A stretch of DNA of 64,000 nt from a phage, in assembly GCA_012549035.1 (NCBI GenBank), contig GCA_012549035.1_4805.1; one strand, 5' to 3'. A program made the translations under genes and the position numbers. The notes beneath the pieces were generated by a model. The model saw only the letters and a program-made list of their open reading frames with translations, did no database searches and was not told the DNA's origin. Below, one piece after another: positions 1 to 10,709 of the stretch. Each line of letters begins with the position of its first letter. The stretch's first letter is position 1.

Positions 1-174
1 CAGAGTTTAATCTGACTTTAGTTCCGTCATATTTAATAACATAACATTCACTTAATAATTCAAGTGGAGTTAATATGCTTATCGCATCAACCATTTCAAA
101 CGCGTCTATTGCGCTGAATTGATGTATTTCATAAGTAACTCCAAACAGCTCAATTACTTTATTCTTTCTCATAT

Positions 175-1047
175 TTAGGCCGATGGTGCAACGCCGCCCG
201 TCACCGTAAATATATCATCACGACTTGCTAAATCATATTCAAGTTGCATGATGACAAATGTGGTGTCGTTCAAGCTTGGGTTTAAGACTGATTTGAATTT
301 CACACCTTGGGCAAGCTTCAAATCCGCGTTATACATGCAAGTGAAGTCAGCACCCCACTCGTTCCACATCGGTATTCCGACAAATTCCTCAATCACCGTT
401 ATCTGTTCTGGATTCAGAATTTTGTCTTTATCCTTGACGATGAGCGTATCATCATCGATATATGCCGCAATAGAGTTCCTTTGATAGTTCTGAATCTCAA
501 GCAACAAGGCGGCTGCAACATATGTTGTGCGGCCTGGGTTAACAAGGCGCTGATTGTTAATCGAAGTATCGCATATAACAGTATCAATATCCATTTGCTT
601 TGCCGACCACTCCACAAACTCTTTGAATGTTGGGTTTGACGGTGCAGCTTGAGTGATAAACTTAGTCCTGTTTATCTGGTTGGTGTAGCAAGTGATGCGT
701 ATGACGATGTTCGGCGGCGGCGCTGTTATCTCGACCGTTGTGACTTGCCCCTTGTAGACTAAGTTGCTACTAACAACGTTGCCTTCTCTATATCCAGCTT
801 CAATTGTTACGTTGACATAATTCGCCGCCAATTGGCCTTGATCACGCAGACGTTTGTTGAATGCGGTGAAGTTGGAAAGCAGGTACTCTCTCAAGTACCC
901 TGTCAATCCTGCAACTTCGATTGTGGCCTTATTCTGCACGGAAAGTGCTGCCTTTTTGATTCGGCATCTGAGCATCAATCCTTCATCAAGCACTTGGCTT
1001 GTGCCATCCGGCATAGATAAGGTGACTTTAAGGATTCTCTTTTTCAA
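175..1047 (-). CDS. putative tail/baseplate protein (290 aa)
   Basis: Long ORF directly downstream of the tape-measure gene on the same strand; track start is TTG, first ATG at 1014; no motif recognised. Confidence 0.5.
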   Translation of the reverse strand: MKKRILKVTLSMPDGTSQVLDEGLMLRCRIKKAALSVQNKATIEVAGLTGYLREYLLSNFTAFNKRLRDQGQLAANYVNVTIEAGYREGNVVSSNLVYKGQVTTVEITAPPPNIVIRITCYTNQINRTKFITQAAPSNPTFKEFVEWSAKQMDIDTVICDTSINNQRLVNPGRTTYVAAALLLEIQNYQRNSIAAYIDDDTLIVKDKDKILNPEQITVIEEFVGIPMWNEWGADFTCMYNADLKLAQGVKFKSVLNPSLNDTTFVIMQLEYDLASRDDIFTVTGGVAPSA

Positions 1048-1051
1048 ATTA

Positions 1052-3232
1052 TCACCACTTCAAAGGTGTAGCAGTAAGGTTGTTTATGTCGTTGATATCA
1101 TCTTGTTCAAGCACCCGTTTCGTTTCGAATGCCGTGCTGCGTGGGTCTTGAGCGCCGTTGACGTTGATGACAACGTTTTTCTGACCCATAGTAATATCAC
1201 GCCCACCAGGTCGACTATTCGCGGAAAGGTCGCCGCCATATTTCTGGAATGCTTCAAGCTGGAATGCAGCAAGACGAGCGTTTTTCATCGCTTCGGCTTG
1301 AATGTTCGGTCTTACACCTGGAGTTGAAGCCAGTTGCATGTTTTTAATATAATCCCTTTGCGTGCCAAGCTTAAGGTAAGTTTGAGCAAAGTCAATATCA
1401 CCTTTGTTGACTTGTCCCTGCATCAACTGCTCAACTGGTACGTTCAGGTATCCTGCAATGGCTTCTTGCAATTGCCTGTATTGCACCGTTTGGCGCGATT
1501 GGCCTTGTACTGGTGCATAGCTGCCCTTTGGCGCTTCCGCTCCGCTACCGCTAAGTACTGGAGTAACTGGTGCACCTTGCGGCGCTGCCGTGGCATACTC
1601 ACCATTGGATTGTCGGTCGAGAGCGGCCATGACCTTTCCAGGATAAGCGCGTGTATTCTTGCCCCAGCCGCTGCGGTCGTAGCCACCGTGATACATCGTC
1701 AGCGCAAGATTCCAATCGCCGTTGGCAGCGTTTAAATACTCTTTCAACAGTTGAGCGCCGCCCATAATGTTTTGTCGAGGATCATTGCCATCGGTTATTC
1801 CAAGACCCTTGAAGTTAGAAGGCATTATTTGCATCAAACCAGTCGCGCCTGCTCCGCTCACAGCATTTGGATTGAATCCAGATTCAACTTCAGTCACGGC
1901 CTTCATCATCGCCACAGGTATGCCATAGCGTTTTGAAGCTTCCTCATATATTGAGTCATACGCTGTCGGGTTTCCTGACCCAAGATTATTCCCTATGGTC
2001 GCGCCAGTATTCAATGCAGGCGTTCCAGGCATCGCGGATTGCCCTGCGCTGCGCCCAATTTCACCTGCCCATGCCGCCCAAGCTTGACGCTCATCAATCA
2101 CGCCAGCAAAAGTTGACACGGCGCTTGAAAAAAGATTTATATCACGAGTGAAAAGCGCCTGTGCAGAACGTTGTTCAGCAGCGTTCTGCTCTTGATTCCT
2201 CTGGCGTTTCACATCGCCGTCTGCCATCTGCGTGATCCATCTATCAACGGCACGCTCGTGACGCTCGTTGACAGCGGCCTGCTTGTCGAACGGATGTTTC
2301 AAGTCAGCAATGAAATTGTCGACAAATTCGCTCCATCCGTCAGACATTCTTTGGAACATCATCTGGAATCCTTCGACTGTATCGGCGGTTTTGCTGACAA
2401 GCGTCGAGAATGCAGGCATAACGTTTTCACCGATGACCAGTTCAATACGCCGCCAATCTTCTTGAATTTGCCCCATACTATTTCGTATAGTCTCAAGAGC
2501 AGCTTGCTGTCTTTGCAGCTTCGCGGTTTCTTCGTCACTTATGCGCGTGCTTTCTTTCACAGACTGGTTGCGCTCACGAAGGGCGCGGACTTCATCAGCC
2601 GTGAATCCTGCCAGAGCACCAATGGCACGCGCGGTTTGCTCATTAACACTTCTCAGCTTTGTTCCAATTTCATCAAGCAGCTGATTCGTGTCTTTGATGC
2701 CGCCGTTACTGTTGAAAGGACTTGCCCCCATCTTGTTCAGCAACAAGTTGTCCTTGTTCATCACATCAGGGTTGGTGTATGCATTGAATGCCAAATTAGA
2801 AGCTTTGCTGATTAAATCGCGCGACCCCTGTGCGCCAAGGATGCCCCCTGAACTTTCATTCAACTGTCGTTGTAGTTGTTCGACACCCATTGGAGAGAGT
2901 CCGGCTTCAAAACCAAGCTTTCTTTGCGCTTCGTATTCTTTTCGAACATCAACGATGGATTTGACGACGACGGCCAATCCTGCGACAACAGGAACGAGCG
3001 CGGCAAAACGATATGTCAGCCGCGCAAGGATTCCGTCAATAGACCCCAGTTCAGCTGTGAGAGGCTTCAGCTCACCAAACACATCTTTGAATGCTCCGGT
3101 GAAGTCTTTACCAGCGGCCTTTGCCTTTTTGTTTGTCTGATCAACCTTATCTTGCAATTGCTCAAGACGATTGATGGACTCTTTCAAGTCCACCGTATAT
3201 TGAAGCACAAATTTTTCTAATGAGTCAGACAC
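1052..3232 (-). CDS. tail tape measure protein with soluble lytic transglycosylase (SLT) domain
   Basis: 726 aa; N-terminal coiled-coil-like region and hydrophobic segment AALVPVVAGLAVVV; SLT-like block VTEVESGFNPNAVSGAGATGLMQIMP...AQLLKEY; lies after the tube/assembly genes. Confidence 0.8.
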   Translation of the reverse strand: MSDSLEKFVLQYTVDLKESINRLEQLQDKVDQTNKKAKAAGKDFTGAFKDVFGELKPLTAELGSIDGILARLTYRFAALVPVVAGLAVVVKSIVDVRKEYEAQRKLGFEAGLSPMGVEQLQRQLNESSGGILGAQGSRDLISKASNLAFNAYTNPDVMNKDNLLLNKMGASPFNSNGGIKDTNQLLDEIGTKLRSVNEQTARAIGALAGFTADEVRALRERNQSVKESTRISDEETAKLQRQQAALETIRNSMGQIQEDWRRIELVIGENVMPAFSTLVSKTADTVEGFQMMFQRMSDGWSEFVDNFIADLKHPFDKQAAVNERHERAVDRWITQMADGDVKRQRNQEQNAAEQRSAQALFTRDINLFSSAVSTFAGVIDERQAWAAWAGEIGRSAGQSAMPGTPALNTGATIGNNLGSGNPTAYDSIYEEASKRYGIPVAMMKAVTEVESGFNPNAVSGAGATGLMQIMPSNFKGLGITDGNDPRQNIMGGAQLLKEYLNAANGDWNLALTMYHGGYDRSGWGKNTRAYPGKVMAALDRQSNGEYATAAPQGAPVTPVLSGSGAEAPKGSYAPVQGQSRQTVQYRQLQEAIAGYLNVPVEQLMQGQVNKGDIDFAQTYLKLGTQRDYIKNMQLASTPGVRPNIQAEAMKNARLAAFQLEAFQKYGGDLSANSRPGGRDITMGQKNVVINVNGAQDPRSTAFETKRVLEQDDINDINNLTATPLKW

Positions 3233-3235
3233 AGT

Positions 3236-3652
3236 TTACCCCTTGTTTGGAGTCTCGCCGCTGAGGAATGGCGCGATTAATCGCATCGATTCGCCGATGA
3301 ATGCTGCAGCCATTTCGCCGCCAGCTTGTTCCCAGTAGCCTTCACGCTCGGCGTGAGTATCTGGGTTTATACCGTTCTCCATGAGGACTGCTTCGAAGAC
3401 TTCTTTAAGGTTTTCCCAGTCACCAAGATGGTTGTCAATTAGTGCACCAGTACTTAATGGGATTTCTTGGCCCACATCAAGCTCGACTTTTGCGAAGCTC
3501 AACACTTCCATCGTATACTCTGAACGAAAAGCAGGGTCTTTCGACATTGCAAATTCGACAAAGCGACGCTGAATATTCCAGCCTTCCATCGCAGTCATTT
3601 TGCTGATTTTAATTTCTACTGTACGACCAGTTTGTTTGTTGGTGATCTTCAT
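3236..3652 (-). CDS. hypothetical tail assembly protein (138 aa)
   Basis: ORF packed tightly immediately upstream of the tape-measure gene, same strand. Confidence 0.55.
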   Translation of the reverse strand: MKITNKQTGRTVEIKISKMTAMEGWNIQRRFVEFAMSKDPAFRSEYTMEVLSFAKVELDVGQEIPLSTGALIDNHLGDWENLKEVFEAVLMENGINPDTHAEREGYWEQAGGEMAAAFIGESMRLIAPFLSGETPNKG

Positions 3653-3653
3653 T

Positions 3654-4214
3654 TTATATTCCTACTGTTGATTTTATTTTATTATATAACGAACTCACAG
3701 TTGTAGTCAAACTGACTGGTTCTTTAATAGCAACACCATTTGATGATTCGTCTGCAGATTGTTTAGGGTCGAAGCTTCCTTGAATGCTAAATGACGTTTG
3801 CTCGAAGGTTATTACTATTGAGACTCCATTCAAGTTTTCTTCTGACTGGGTTATTTCAACGTCGGACATCGACATTTTACTGGCAATGATGCTTCGTGAA
3901 GTTATTGAAAATGTGACTTCGTCATCATCAAATGAATTTATGATATTTTCAATTGTAGACTGGTCATTGCAAATTACGTTTAACGCCATATGGGCTGGCA
4001 TTACAACCTTTGTCGCCTGTAAATTGCTTACTGATGACGTGCTTGATACTTCGACAACCTGCATGGCTGTACCAGCAAGAGGGAATTGAGTTGTTTCTGC
4101 TGGGGATGTTATTTCTGCAGAAACAGGTGAAAGCCTTGTCCAGACAGGAAGACCTGTTGACTCATTCGTTATGGTCAAAGATTGACCAGAAAGCAGAATC
4201 GAAACGAAGTCCAT
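3654..4214 (-). CDS. hypothetical tail protein (186 aa)
   Basis: ORF in tail module, 1-nt spacing to neighbours. Confidence 0.55.
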   Translation of the reverse strand: MDFVSILLSGQSLTITNESTGLPVWTRLSPVSAEITSPAETTQFPLAGTAMQVVEVSSTSSVSNLQATKVVMPAHMALNVICNDQSTIENIINSFDDDEVTFSITSRSIIASKMSMSDVEITQSEENLNGVSIVITFEQTSFSIQGSFDPKQSADESSNGVAIKEPVSLTTTVSSLYNKIKSTVGI

Positions 4215-4747
4215 CAGAACATCCCCTTGATACCATTCATCACCTTTGTAGCGACGCCAGTGACGCTGGCAGAAGTTTCTTTTATGTATGCAATGCCGCG
4301 CTCTATTACTGTTGAGTCGCCTGCCTGCGCTGTTTGAATAGACACATCCTGCTGTGTTAATATCTCATGGAAGACCAATTGTATGGGCTGAGACGTTATA
4401 TTGTCAGCGTCCTGGCTGAAGTTGTTATTTTGCAGCACCATACGTTCGAATATTAGACCACGGGAATTAATTGTGTATATAGTCGACCTGTTTTGCAACA
4501 TCTTGGCTATTGCATCTGATGCGCTTTTCGTCTGAGCTATCACGGTGACAGTGAGTATTCGCGGCATCTTTACTCTGCCATCGACAATATAGCTGCCGTC
4601 TTCCCTTTGGTTTTTGAATATCTTCGCTTGGAGTCTTATTTTGACGTTGACTATGGCCCATCCAAGCGTGGATACTTCTCCAAGGTTGAAGCTCTTTATC
4701 GTGAAGCTTCTGTTTGATAGACTATATGACAGTAAATCGATAGCCAT
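4214..4747 (-). CDS. hypothetical tail protein (177 aa)
   Basis: ORF in tail module, overlapping stop/start with neighbours. Confidence 0.55.
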   Translation of the reverse strand: MAIDLLSYSLSNRSFTIKSFNLGEVSTLGWAIVNVKIRLQAKIFKNQREDGSYIVDGRVKMPRILTVTVIAQTKSASDAIAKMLQNRSTIYTINSRGLIFERMVLQNNNFSQDADNITSQPIQLVFHEILTQQDVSIQTAQAGDSTVIERGIAYIKETSASVTGVATKVMNGIKGMF

Positions 4748-5244
4748 TAAATGGACCCCAATATGCTCTGCGCCACGCCCTTGGCAATTTGAGACGTGCT
4801 CTGCGCGCCGCCGTAGCTGGCAAACACAAATGTGTATCGGTTTGTCTTGCGACGGCCTGATTGCTCTATGGAGTCACCAAGCGGACCGCTGATTATTGTT
4901 CCGTTAGAGAATGCCACCCTTCCACCGTCAGGATATGTAATAAGCATTGATGTCACATCCTGAATTGGCAACCACTTGAATCCCCCTTTACGGGCAGATA
5001 ATAAAAGCTTAAGATTTATGTCATCTTCAGTGTTTGGAATGACCGCAATGGATACGCGAACGACGGCGGCTTTGTCGTATATGCAAATGCCGCCGTCGTA
5101 AGTAAGTTGATAACCTACTGATTCAACTTCCTCAATAATTAGCGAATCCTGGTCATCAGACAAAGAACTGATATTCAGCCCAACAGGAAAAGATTGAAGA
5201 GCGACAATTCTAATGCTTGTGCCAAATCCACTAATATTGACCAT
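4747..5244 (-). CDS. tail tube-like protein, paralog of 6195..6662
   Basis: N-terminus MVNISGFGTSIRIVALQSFPVG aligns with MINVSGFGASIRLVASNTFPNG of 6195..6662; further shared blocks along the length. Confidence 0.6.
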   Translation of the reverse strand: MVNISGFGTSIRIVALQSFPVGLNISSLSDDQDSLIIEEVESVGYQLTYDGGICIYDKAAVVRVSIAVIPNTEDDINLKLLLSARKGGFKWLPIQDVTSMLITYPDGGRVAFSNGTIISGPLGDSIEQSGRRKTNRYTFVFASYGGAQSTSQIAKGVAQSILGSI

Positions 5245-5246
5245 GT

Positions 5247-5513
5247 TTACTCCGCAGATGCAGATTTAACTGCAGCAAGAATTTCATCCTTATAAGAAAG
5301 ACCCTTGATGTCGATGCCATTTTCTTTGGCATAAGACTTCAATTCTGAAACGCTCATGGAATCAAAATCGAGTTTTTGTTCAACGGACTTTTCTTCGACC
5401 TGCTCTTTGATTTCTGTAACAGACTCAACCTTCTTATTAAACAGCTCTGATGCGTCTTCAAATTTTTCGCCAAATTTCATGACGCCATTTGCAAAATGAA
5501 TTACTTGTGCCAT
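5247..5513 (-). CDS. hypothetical acidic protein (88 aa)
   Basis: ORF in tail module, tightly packed. Confidence 0.5.
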   Translation of the reverse strand: MAQVIHFANGVMKFGEKFEDASELFNKKVESVTEIKEQVEEKSVEQKLDFDSMSVSELKSYAKENGIDIKGLSYKDEILAAVKSASAE

Positions 5514-5869
5514 TATTGATTACTCACCTTTATACGTTCGCCATAAATAGTCACCACTTCTGCAGTGAATCCAAGGATACCGTTTTGGATGGTGACAGTC
5601 AATGAGTCGATTCCGGCAACGTCTGCTTTCTTCAGAATAGCATCTGCAATCGACTTTCGCGCACCGTCTTCGTCAACGGGCGACTTGAAAACGGTCCCCA
5701 AATAATCGACCCCGTTTTCTATATCGTACAAGTCTTCACCAAGTCGCATCTGATGCGCGGCCTTGATTACTTGCACCATCGCTTTTTCTCCTGAAAGAAT
5801 ATTTAAGTTTCTTCCATCAGGTAGAAAAAGGTCATTATTTTCGTTCACTTCAATGGTTAGAGTTGTCAA
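5513..5869 (-). CDS. hypothetical tail protein (118 aa)
   Basis: ORF in tail module, overlapping start/stop. Confidence 0.5.
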   Translation of the reverse strand: MTTLTIEVNENNDLFLPDGRNLNILSGEKAMVQVIKAAHQMRLGEDLYDIENGVDYLGTVFKSPVDEDGARKSIADAILKKADVAGIDSLTVTIQNGILGFTAEVVTIYGERIKVSNQ

Positions 5870-6195
5870 ATTGCAAACTCCGCTTCAGCAGTGGCCTGGA
5901 ATTCAGCCAACTCAGATTCTGACATGTAATATAGATTACAGCCGCCAGAGTTAAACCTTTCATAATCAGGTACGCTGTCGAAAATGAAATTACCGTACCC
6001 AATCATGAGATACTTATAAGGCACCATTGGGATACCACCAAAACAGCGCACCCCTTGAATCAAAAGTTCACCATTGCGATATACGTCGGCACACATATGC
6101 TCGATAGCGGCAAAAATGTGCAACTGCCAATATGCACCGTCAACGTTAAAGCTGATATTCTGGTTAGGTACGCTGTCAAGTGGTATTTGATACAT
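5866..6195 (-). CDS. hypothetical tail protein (109 aa)
   Basis: ORF in tail module, overlapping start/stop. Confidence 0.5.
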   Translation of the reverse strand: MYQIPLDSVPNQNISFNVDGAYWQLHIFAAIEHMCADVYRNGELLIQGVRCFGGIPMVPYKYLMIGYGNFIFDSVPDYERFNSGGCNLYYMSESELAEFQATAEAEFAI

Positions 6196-6662
6196 TATAA
6201 AATCTCTTGGTTGCTCACGCCAGTTTTGACTACGTTCTCAAACTTGAAGCGATATTGACGTGTTTTCACACGACCTTGAGACTGGATGCCAGGAATTACT
6301 GAACCAGTTGTCAAGGTGCCTTTGTTTAGCGTGATAACCATTCCAGAAGGATAAGTCAGCACAAGTGTGATCACGTCTTTTGCGGAGTTCTTGCGCTTGC
6401 CTACGCGGTTTGCAGCTGCAAGAACGTCCAAGTTGACATCACTTTCAGAAGTAGGGATGATGTTCACACCTACTTCAAGCGGGTTTGCACGGTTCCACAC
6501 TACTAAGTCACCGTTAAGGCCCATTGCAGCCTCAGAGATTTGCAGGTCCGGCGCGTCAATCGGATCAGCATCATCTGCAAAATCAGAAAGGGTCACACCA
6601 TTAGGGAAAGTGTTTGATGCTACCAAACGAATCGAAGCGCCAAAACCGGAAACGTTAATCAT
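6195..6662 (-). CDS. tail tube protein (155 aa)
   Basis: Immediately downstream of the sheath gene; paralogous to 4747..5244. Confidence 0.6.
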   Translation of the reverse strand: MINVSGFGASIRLVASNTFPNGVTLSDFADDADPIDAPDLQISEAAMGLNGDLVVWNRANPLEVGVNIIPTSESDVNLDVLAAANRVGKRKNSAKDVITLVLTYPSGMVITLNKGTLTTGSVIPGIQSQGRVKTRQYRFKFENVVKTGVSNQEIL

Positions 6663-6709
6663 TACAGATTCCTCTCAGAGAGATGGCCGCCAGTTACGGC
6701 GGCAATTAT

Positions 6710-8248
6710 TTAAATAAGAACGTCACGACCTTCAACGCGACGCACAGCATCATCTTTAGAGTAGATTAGCGTGTATGTTGCATAGTATTCGGTGCGGTTA
6801 TCGGAAGTGGTTTCAGTGTCAAAATCGACAGTCAACCAATAACCGATAGTCTCAACCTGCCGCCAAGCAGTGTTATCACCGGAAGTTTGCGTGATGTACT
6901 GTTTCTGGATTTCCGTCAGCGCCTTACCGACAGAGATGGTGCCGTTAACCTTCGCATTGTCAACAGCAACTTGAATCATTGCTTGTACAGTCGCTTTGCC
7001 TTCTTCGTTTGCAGGCACGCGACCAAGATTCAAGAACATGCTGAACAGCTGAGAAGTGATAGCAGATTTAAGCCACATCTCGTTGGCATAAGTGTTCATA
7101 TCAACTGCTGCGGTAGACCCGCCCATCAGAACACCACGCTGGAAGAACGCGAGAGTTTGACCAGCTTGCTGAGTCGCACCGATATAGTTTGCACGGTTTT
7201 GATCAGCAGTATCTGCGCGTGAATCAGTCGATACGGTTACATTTCGCGTTTCAAACTGATAATACATGTAGTTTTGAGTTGCATTTACAGTGTTATAGTT
7301 TGTCGCCGCGAGAATTTCAGCAGGTGCCTGGTCGATGTAATCATTCGCGAGGTTAGTTGCACGGATCATCATACCAACGCCTGAATAACCTTTCAACGCG
7401 GTATAGTATGAGCCGATGTTGGCGAATGCAGTCGAGAACAGATACATGTACATGTTGTTCTGCGAGTGAGTCCAAGCTGCAACGGCTGTGATTTCTTCCA
7501 GCGTTCGGTCTGCTCCAGCGAAAAGGAATGAGCCAAAGTTGTTGGAAATCTCCACAGATGCCGCGATGGCTTCTACCGGACTTGCTACACCCTGGCCAGC
7601 AACCGTAACGGTGCCAGTAGTCGTCCAACCAAGCGCCTGAGATGGGTCTGTAGGTTGGCCTGTGACGTTAATCGAAAGGTTTCCAGCGCCAGCGGTCGAC
7701 GTAGCGGCTTCCAAAGTGAACTGCTGGGTGTTGGCATTCCAATACACTTCTGCATCAGCAAGTGCAGGCACCGACGTGCCACCTTCTGCTGCAAACTTGG
7801 TGTTGATTGCCGTTTCCAAAAGTTCCGCTACGTTGGCAAGGCTTGTTGCCGCTGAAAGGTTGATGGCGTCAGTCAGGTAGTCTGTGCCGTCATAAGTGAT
7901 GCTTAAGATAGCGCCAGTGAATGCCTGGAAAGTGGCAAGTGTTTTAGGCTCAGTGTCGCCGATAACCATTGCAGGAATCGCCGTGGATACAACGCGAGAA
8001 AAGCTGATTGAATCAGGCGAGTTGATTTGCTTGCTGATGAATCCGAAATACAGTGCTGCACGCTTGTATTCTTCGGAAGAAAAACCGAAATATGATCCAA
8101 CGGCATCAGCAGTTGAAAATTCTGCTACAACGCCTGGCGGCAGAACTGTATTGGAAGTCATGATGCGAAGCGACAGTTTGCGAACTGCAACAGCCGCGCC
8201 TGCTCCGACCCCTGATACAATTTTAATATAACGAGATTGACTGATCAC
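6710..8248 (-). CDS. tail sheath protein (512 aa)
   Basis: Size, position upstream of tube, Gly/Thr/Ala-rich composition typical of contractile sheath proteins; family assignment from recollection only. Confidence 0.65.
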   Translation of the reverse strand: MISQSRYIKIVSGVGAGAAVAVRKLSLRIMTSNTVLPPGVVAEFSTADAVGSYFGFSSEEYKRAALYFGFISKQINSPDSISFSRVVSTAIPAMVIGDTEPKTLATFQAFTGAILSITYDGTDYLTDAINLSAATSLANVAELLETAINTKFAAEGGTSVPALADAEVYWNANTQQFTLEAATSTAGAGNLSINVTGQPTDPSQALGWTTTGTVTVAGQGVASPVEAIAASVEISNNFGSFLFAGADRTLEEITAVAAWTHSQNNMYMYLFSTAFANIGSYYTALKGYSGVGMMIRATNLANDYIDQAPAEILAATNYNTVNATQNYMYYQFETRNVTVSTDSRADTADQNRANYIGATQQAGQTLAFFQRGVLMGGSTAAVDMNTYANEMWLKSAITSQLFSMFLNLGRVPANEEGKATVQAMIQVAVDNAKVNGTISVGKALTEIQKQYITQTSGDNTAWRQVETIGYWLTVDFDTETTSDNRTEYYATYTLIYSKDDAVRRVEGRDVLI

Positions 8249-8260
8249 GTCGGTGTCCTC

Positions 8261-8746
8261 TTATTTAATGACTTGGCTGTTGACAGATTGCCACATAAGG
8301 CTGCTGTGAATTAAAGGTTTGTCGAATCCTTTCACACGCACGGTATATCTGGCGTTTCTTTGCCAAGGTCCGTTTTTAATTGATTCGACAATCTTTGCTT
8401 CCATCGCAAGCCCAATCTGACCTAATGCCTGTCTAGCGTCTATTTTACCGGAAAAAATCTTTTTAGCAATTTTATTCTCTATTTCACTGCGATCACTAAC
8501 GAATAATTCATAGGCATATCTCATGAATGGTCTGGGTGGCACTTCTACCCTGACTGGGCCTTGTCCAAAGTTCAAAACGGCTATGTGACCAAATTCATTA
8601 AGCCGCGCGACTTCTGACACCAACATCCCTTCTCCACCAGTTTCTGAAGGGTATCTGGTAGAATCAAACCATCCTGCCTCTACAGTAAGACCCTTCATCG
8701 ATTGAAGCGCCTTTATCTGTTTTTCTATCATTTTTGATTTTGTCAT
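8261..8746 (-). CDS. hypothetical head-tail connector/neck protein (161 aa)
   Basis: ORF between capsid and sheath genes. Confidence 0.5.
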   Translation of the reverse strand: MTKSKMIEKQIKALQSMKGLTVEAGWFDSTRYPSETGGEGMLVSEVARLNEFGHIAVLNFGQGPVRVEVPPRPFMRYAYELFVSDRSEIENKIAKKIFSGKIDARQALGQIGLAMEAKIVESIKNGPWQRNARYTVRVKGFDKPLIHSSLMWQSVNSQVIK

Positions 8747-8747
8747 A

Positions 8748-9329
8748 TCACACCGGAATATCGCCTAAATCGTTATTAACAGCTCTTGCAACAGCAGGCG
8801 TGTCAATTGAAATTGCGTTTCTGTGAAGGATTACCAAATCAAAAGAAGGAAACGATTCAAATTGCGACATGTCGTCATAGAACTTTTCATTGTTGTTCAT
8901 GTCGACTCTATATACTGAAGCTTGATGCTTTTTAAACCAATCTCTCAAATTAGCCTTGTGGGTTATGAATCTTGCTAAATAAGTCAAAACGTCATTAGCC
9001 GTAGGCTTTTCTGGATTGCCAGGGACTTCTGGAAATAAACCGCTAATTTGAAGACGTGTTGCGTATATCTGATCTTCAATATCTTTGAATTTTCCATTAA
9101 CGAATTGAGATTCATCATTGACAAATTCATTCTTTCTCATCGACCAACCGAATGGAACTGAGAATAAAAGGTTAAACCAAATCTGATCACCAGTCGGAAT
9201 GCCCTGTTGAGTCGGTTGGTATTTTTTCTGGACCGGAACAGCAGAAAGGTCTGCACGACTATACGCCGCCAGACCTTCTTCAATTCGCGTTGCCAGCATG
9301 TCAATCAGGTCGACATCTGTCATATACAC
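8748..9329 (-). CDS. hypothetical virion protein (193 aa)
   Basis: ORF in connector region. Confidence 0.5.
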   Translation of the reverse strand: MYMTDVDLIDMLATRIEEGLAAYSRADLSAVPVQKKYQPTQQGIPTGDQIWFNLLFSVPFGWSMRKNEFVNDESQFVNGKFKDIEDQIYATRLQISGLFPEVPGNPEKPTANDVLTYLARFITHKANLRDWFKKHQASVYRVDMNNNEKFYDDMSQFESFPSFDLVILHRNAISIDTPAVARAVNNDLGDIPV

Positions 9330-9330
9330 C

Positions 9331-9717
9331 TCAAGTAGACACTGGAAAGCTTTGTTTTACTTCCACGGCAAGGCAAGACGTCCAACCATCTTGGTCAAAC
9401 CATGTCGTTTCATCTTCCATCTTGTACGTTTTGCCACCAAACACAAAATAGTCGCCGGAAGCGTCGCGGTCAAGGTCAACAATGTCTTTGTCCACCCAGA
9501 TTTTGACATAGTTCTTTTGAAGCTCTAAACCAAGCTCAACGTATTGGTTTCGAAGTACAGCCTGCACCGAAGCAAGTAAGGTGATTGGTTCTTCATATGT
9601 AGTGACATAGTTGCGCATTTTATCAAGGGTGCGCCCCTTGTACATGTAATATTGAATCGGTTGGCGACCGATAACCTTTGTCGCAACTCGATATAAGTTT
9701 ACGCCAGGAATCCTCAC
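9331..9717 (-). CDS. hypothetical virion protein (128 aa)
   Basis: ORF in connector region. Confidence 0.5.
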   Translation of the reverse strand: MRIPGVNLYRVATKVIGRQPIQYYMYKGRTLDKMRNYVTTYEEPITLLASVQAVLRNQYVELGLELQKNYVKIWVDKDIVDLDRDASGDYFVFGGKTYKMEDETTWFDQDGWTSCLAVEVKQSFPVST

Positions 9718-10178
9718 CAGAATACCCCACCAATTTTACGAAATCCTTCGCGCTCTGGAAGACCACCGAATGACAAGCCACCAACGGCCAATGCTTGAAG
9801 AAGCGCCCACAACGCCATGCCATATGGAGTGCTTGATAGCCAGTATTCCCAGCCATCACTCGCAGGCGGCGCGACTTTGTTCACTGTGATGTCACCAATT
9901 GTTGCGCCAGTCACGAAGCCGCCTTGTTCAACTCCGTCACCAGAAGACACAGACACTTGTTGGTCTGCGGCTATGCATAAAAGATGAGCCGTCATATATT
10001 CCAATGCCAGCTCCAATTTACTGCCATTTAAAACACGACAAGGACTGTCTTGTGATTCAATAAATTCACATGCCATGTCATAGAATACTTGAAGTGTTGT
10101 GTCAGGGAATTTAACCTGATCAGCAAACTGTGGAAATTTAATTCTGAACTTTTCGTAATCTAATGACATGGCATTCAC
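9714..10178 (-). CDS. hypothetical virion protein (154 aa)
   Basis: ORF in connector region, 4-nt overlap with downstream gene. Confidence 0.5.
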   Translation of the reverse strand: MNAMSLDYEKFRIKFPQFADQVKFPDTTLQVFYDMACEFIESQDSPCRVLNGSKLELALEYMTAHLLCIAADQQVSVSSGDGVEQGGFVTGATIGDITVNKVAPPASDGWEYWLSSTPYGMALWALLQALAVGGLSFGGLPEREGFRKIGGVFW

Positions 10179-10183
10179 CTTAT

Positions 10184-10648
10184 TTAAACGCGGAATAAAT
10201 CATCTTCTTGGTCGCCGCTCAACTTTACCTTGATGCGCTTGTCAGCAGTTTCGCGCGTCATAGGCGCAAACGGGTCGTCTGACATGCTGCGAACTTCTTT
10301 AGCGACGGCTTTGTGATTGCCAACAATGTCGTGATTTACGACTTTCACCAAACCTTTTTCAAGATGCTGCTTAAACACGTGATGATCTTTCAGATGCTCA
10401 AAATCTGCATCGCTTACAACGGTGACGATTCCTTCAGGAGTCCACAAAGGTGCACCGTCAGCGCCTTTTGCCATTTCACCAAAGCCGGAAGTTGCTGAAG
10501 TAAGACCAGCGCCACCCTTGATCAGAATCTGTTTGCGGATGTTTGGAAGAGCGCCTGAACCAGCTTTTGCATTCGGGTTTTCTTTCACTTCCGTATAGAA
10601 GGTGTAGTTAACTGACATAGACATAGTTGAAACGATGTATTTTGACAT
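10184..10648 (-). CDS. hypothetical head completion protein (154 aa)
   Basis: First ORF downstream of the capsid gene. Confidence 0.5.
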   Translation of the reverse strand: MSKYIVSTMSMSVNYTFYTEVKENPNAKAGSGALPNIRKQILIKGGAGLTSATSGFGEMAKGADGAPLWTPEGIVTVVSDADFEHLKDHHVFKQHLEKGLVKVVNHDIVGNHKAVAKEVRSMSDDPFAPMTRETADKRIKVKLSGDQEDDLFRV

Positions 10649-10709
10649 TTTGTAGTCCTATTTATATAAGCCTCAGATAAGCCCCTACAGCCCTTGAGGT
10701 CTATTGATA

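Noticed and set aside
3236-4214. Programmed -1 frameshift tail-chaperone pair upstream of the tape-measure gene
   Set aside because: The two ORFs upstream of the tape-measure gene abut without an overlapping alternative frame or an obvious slippery heptamer.
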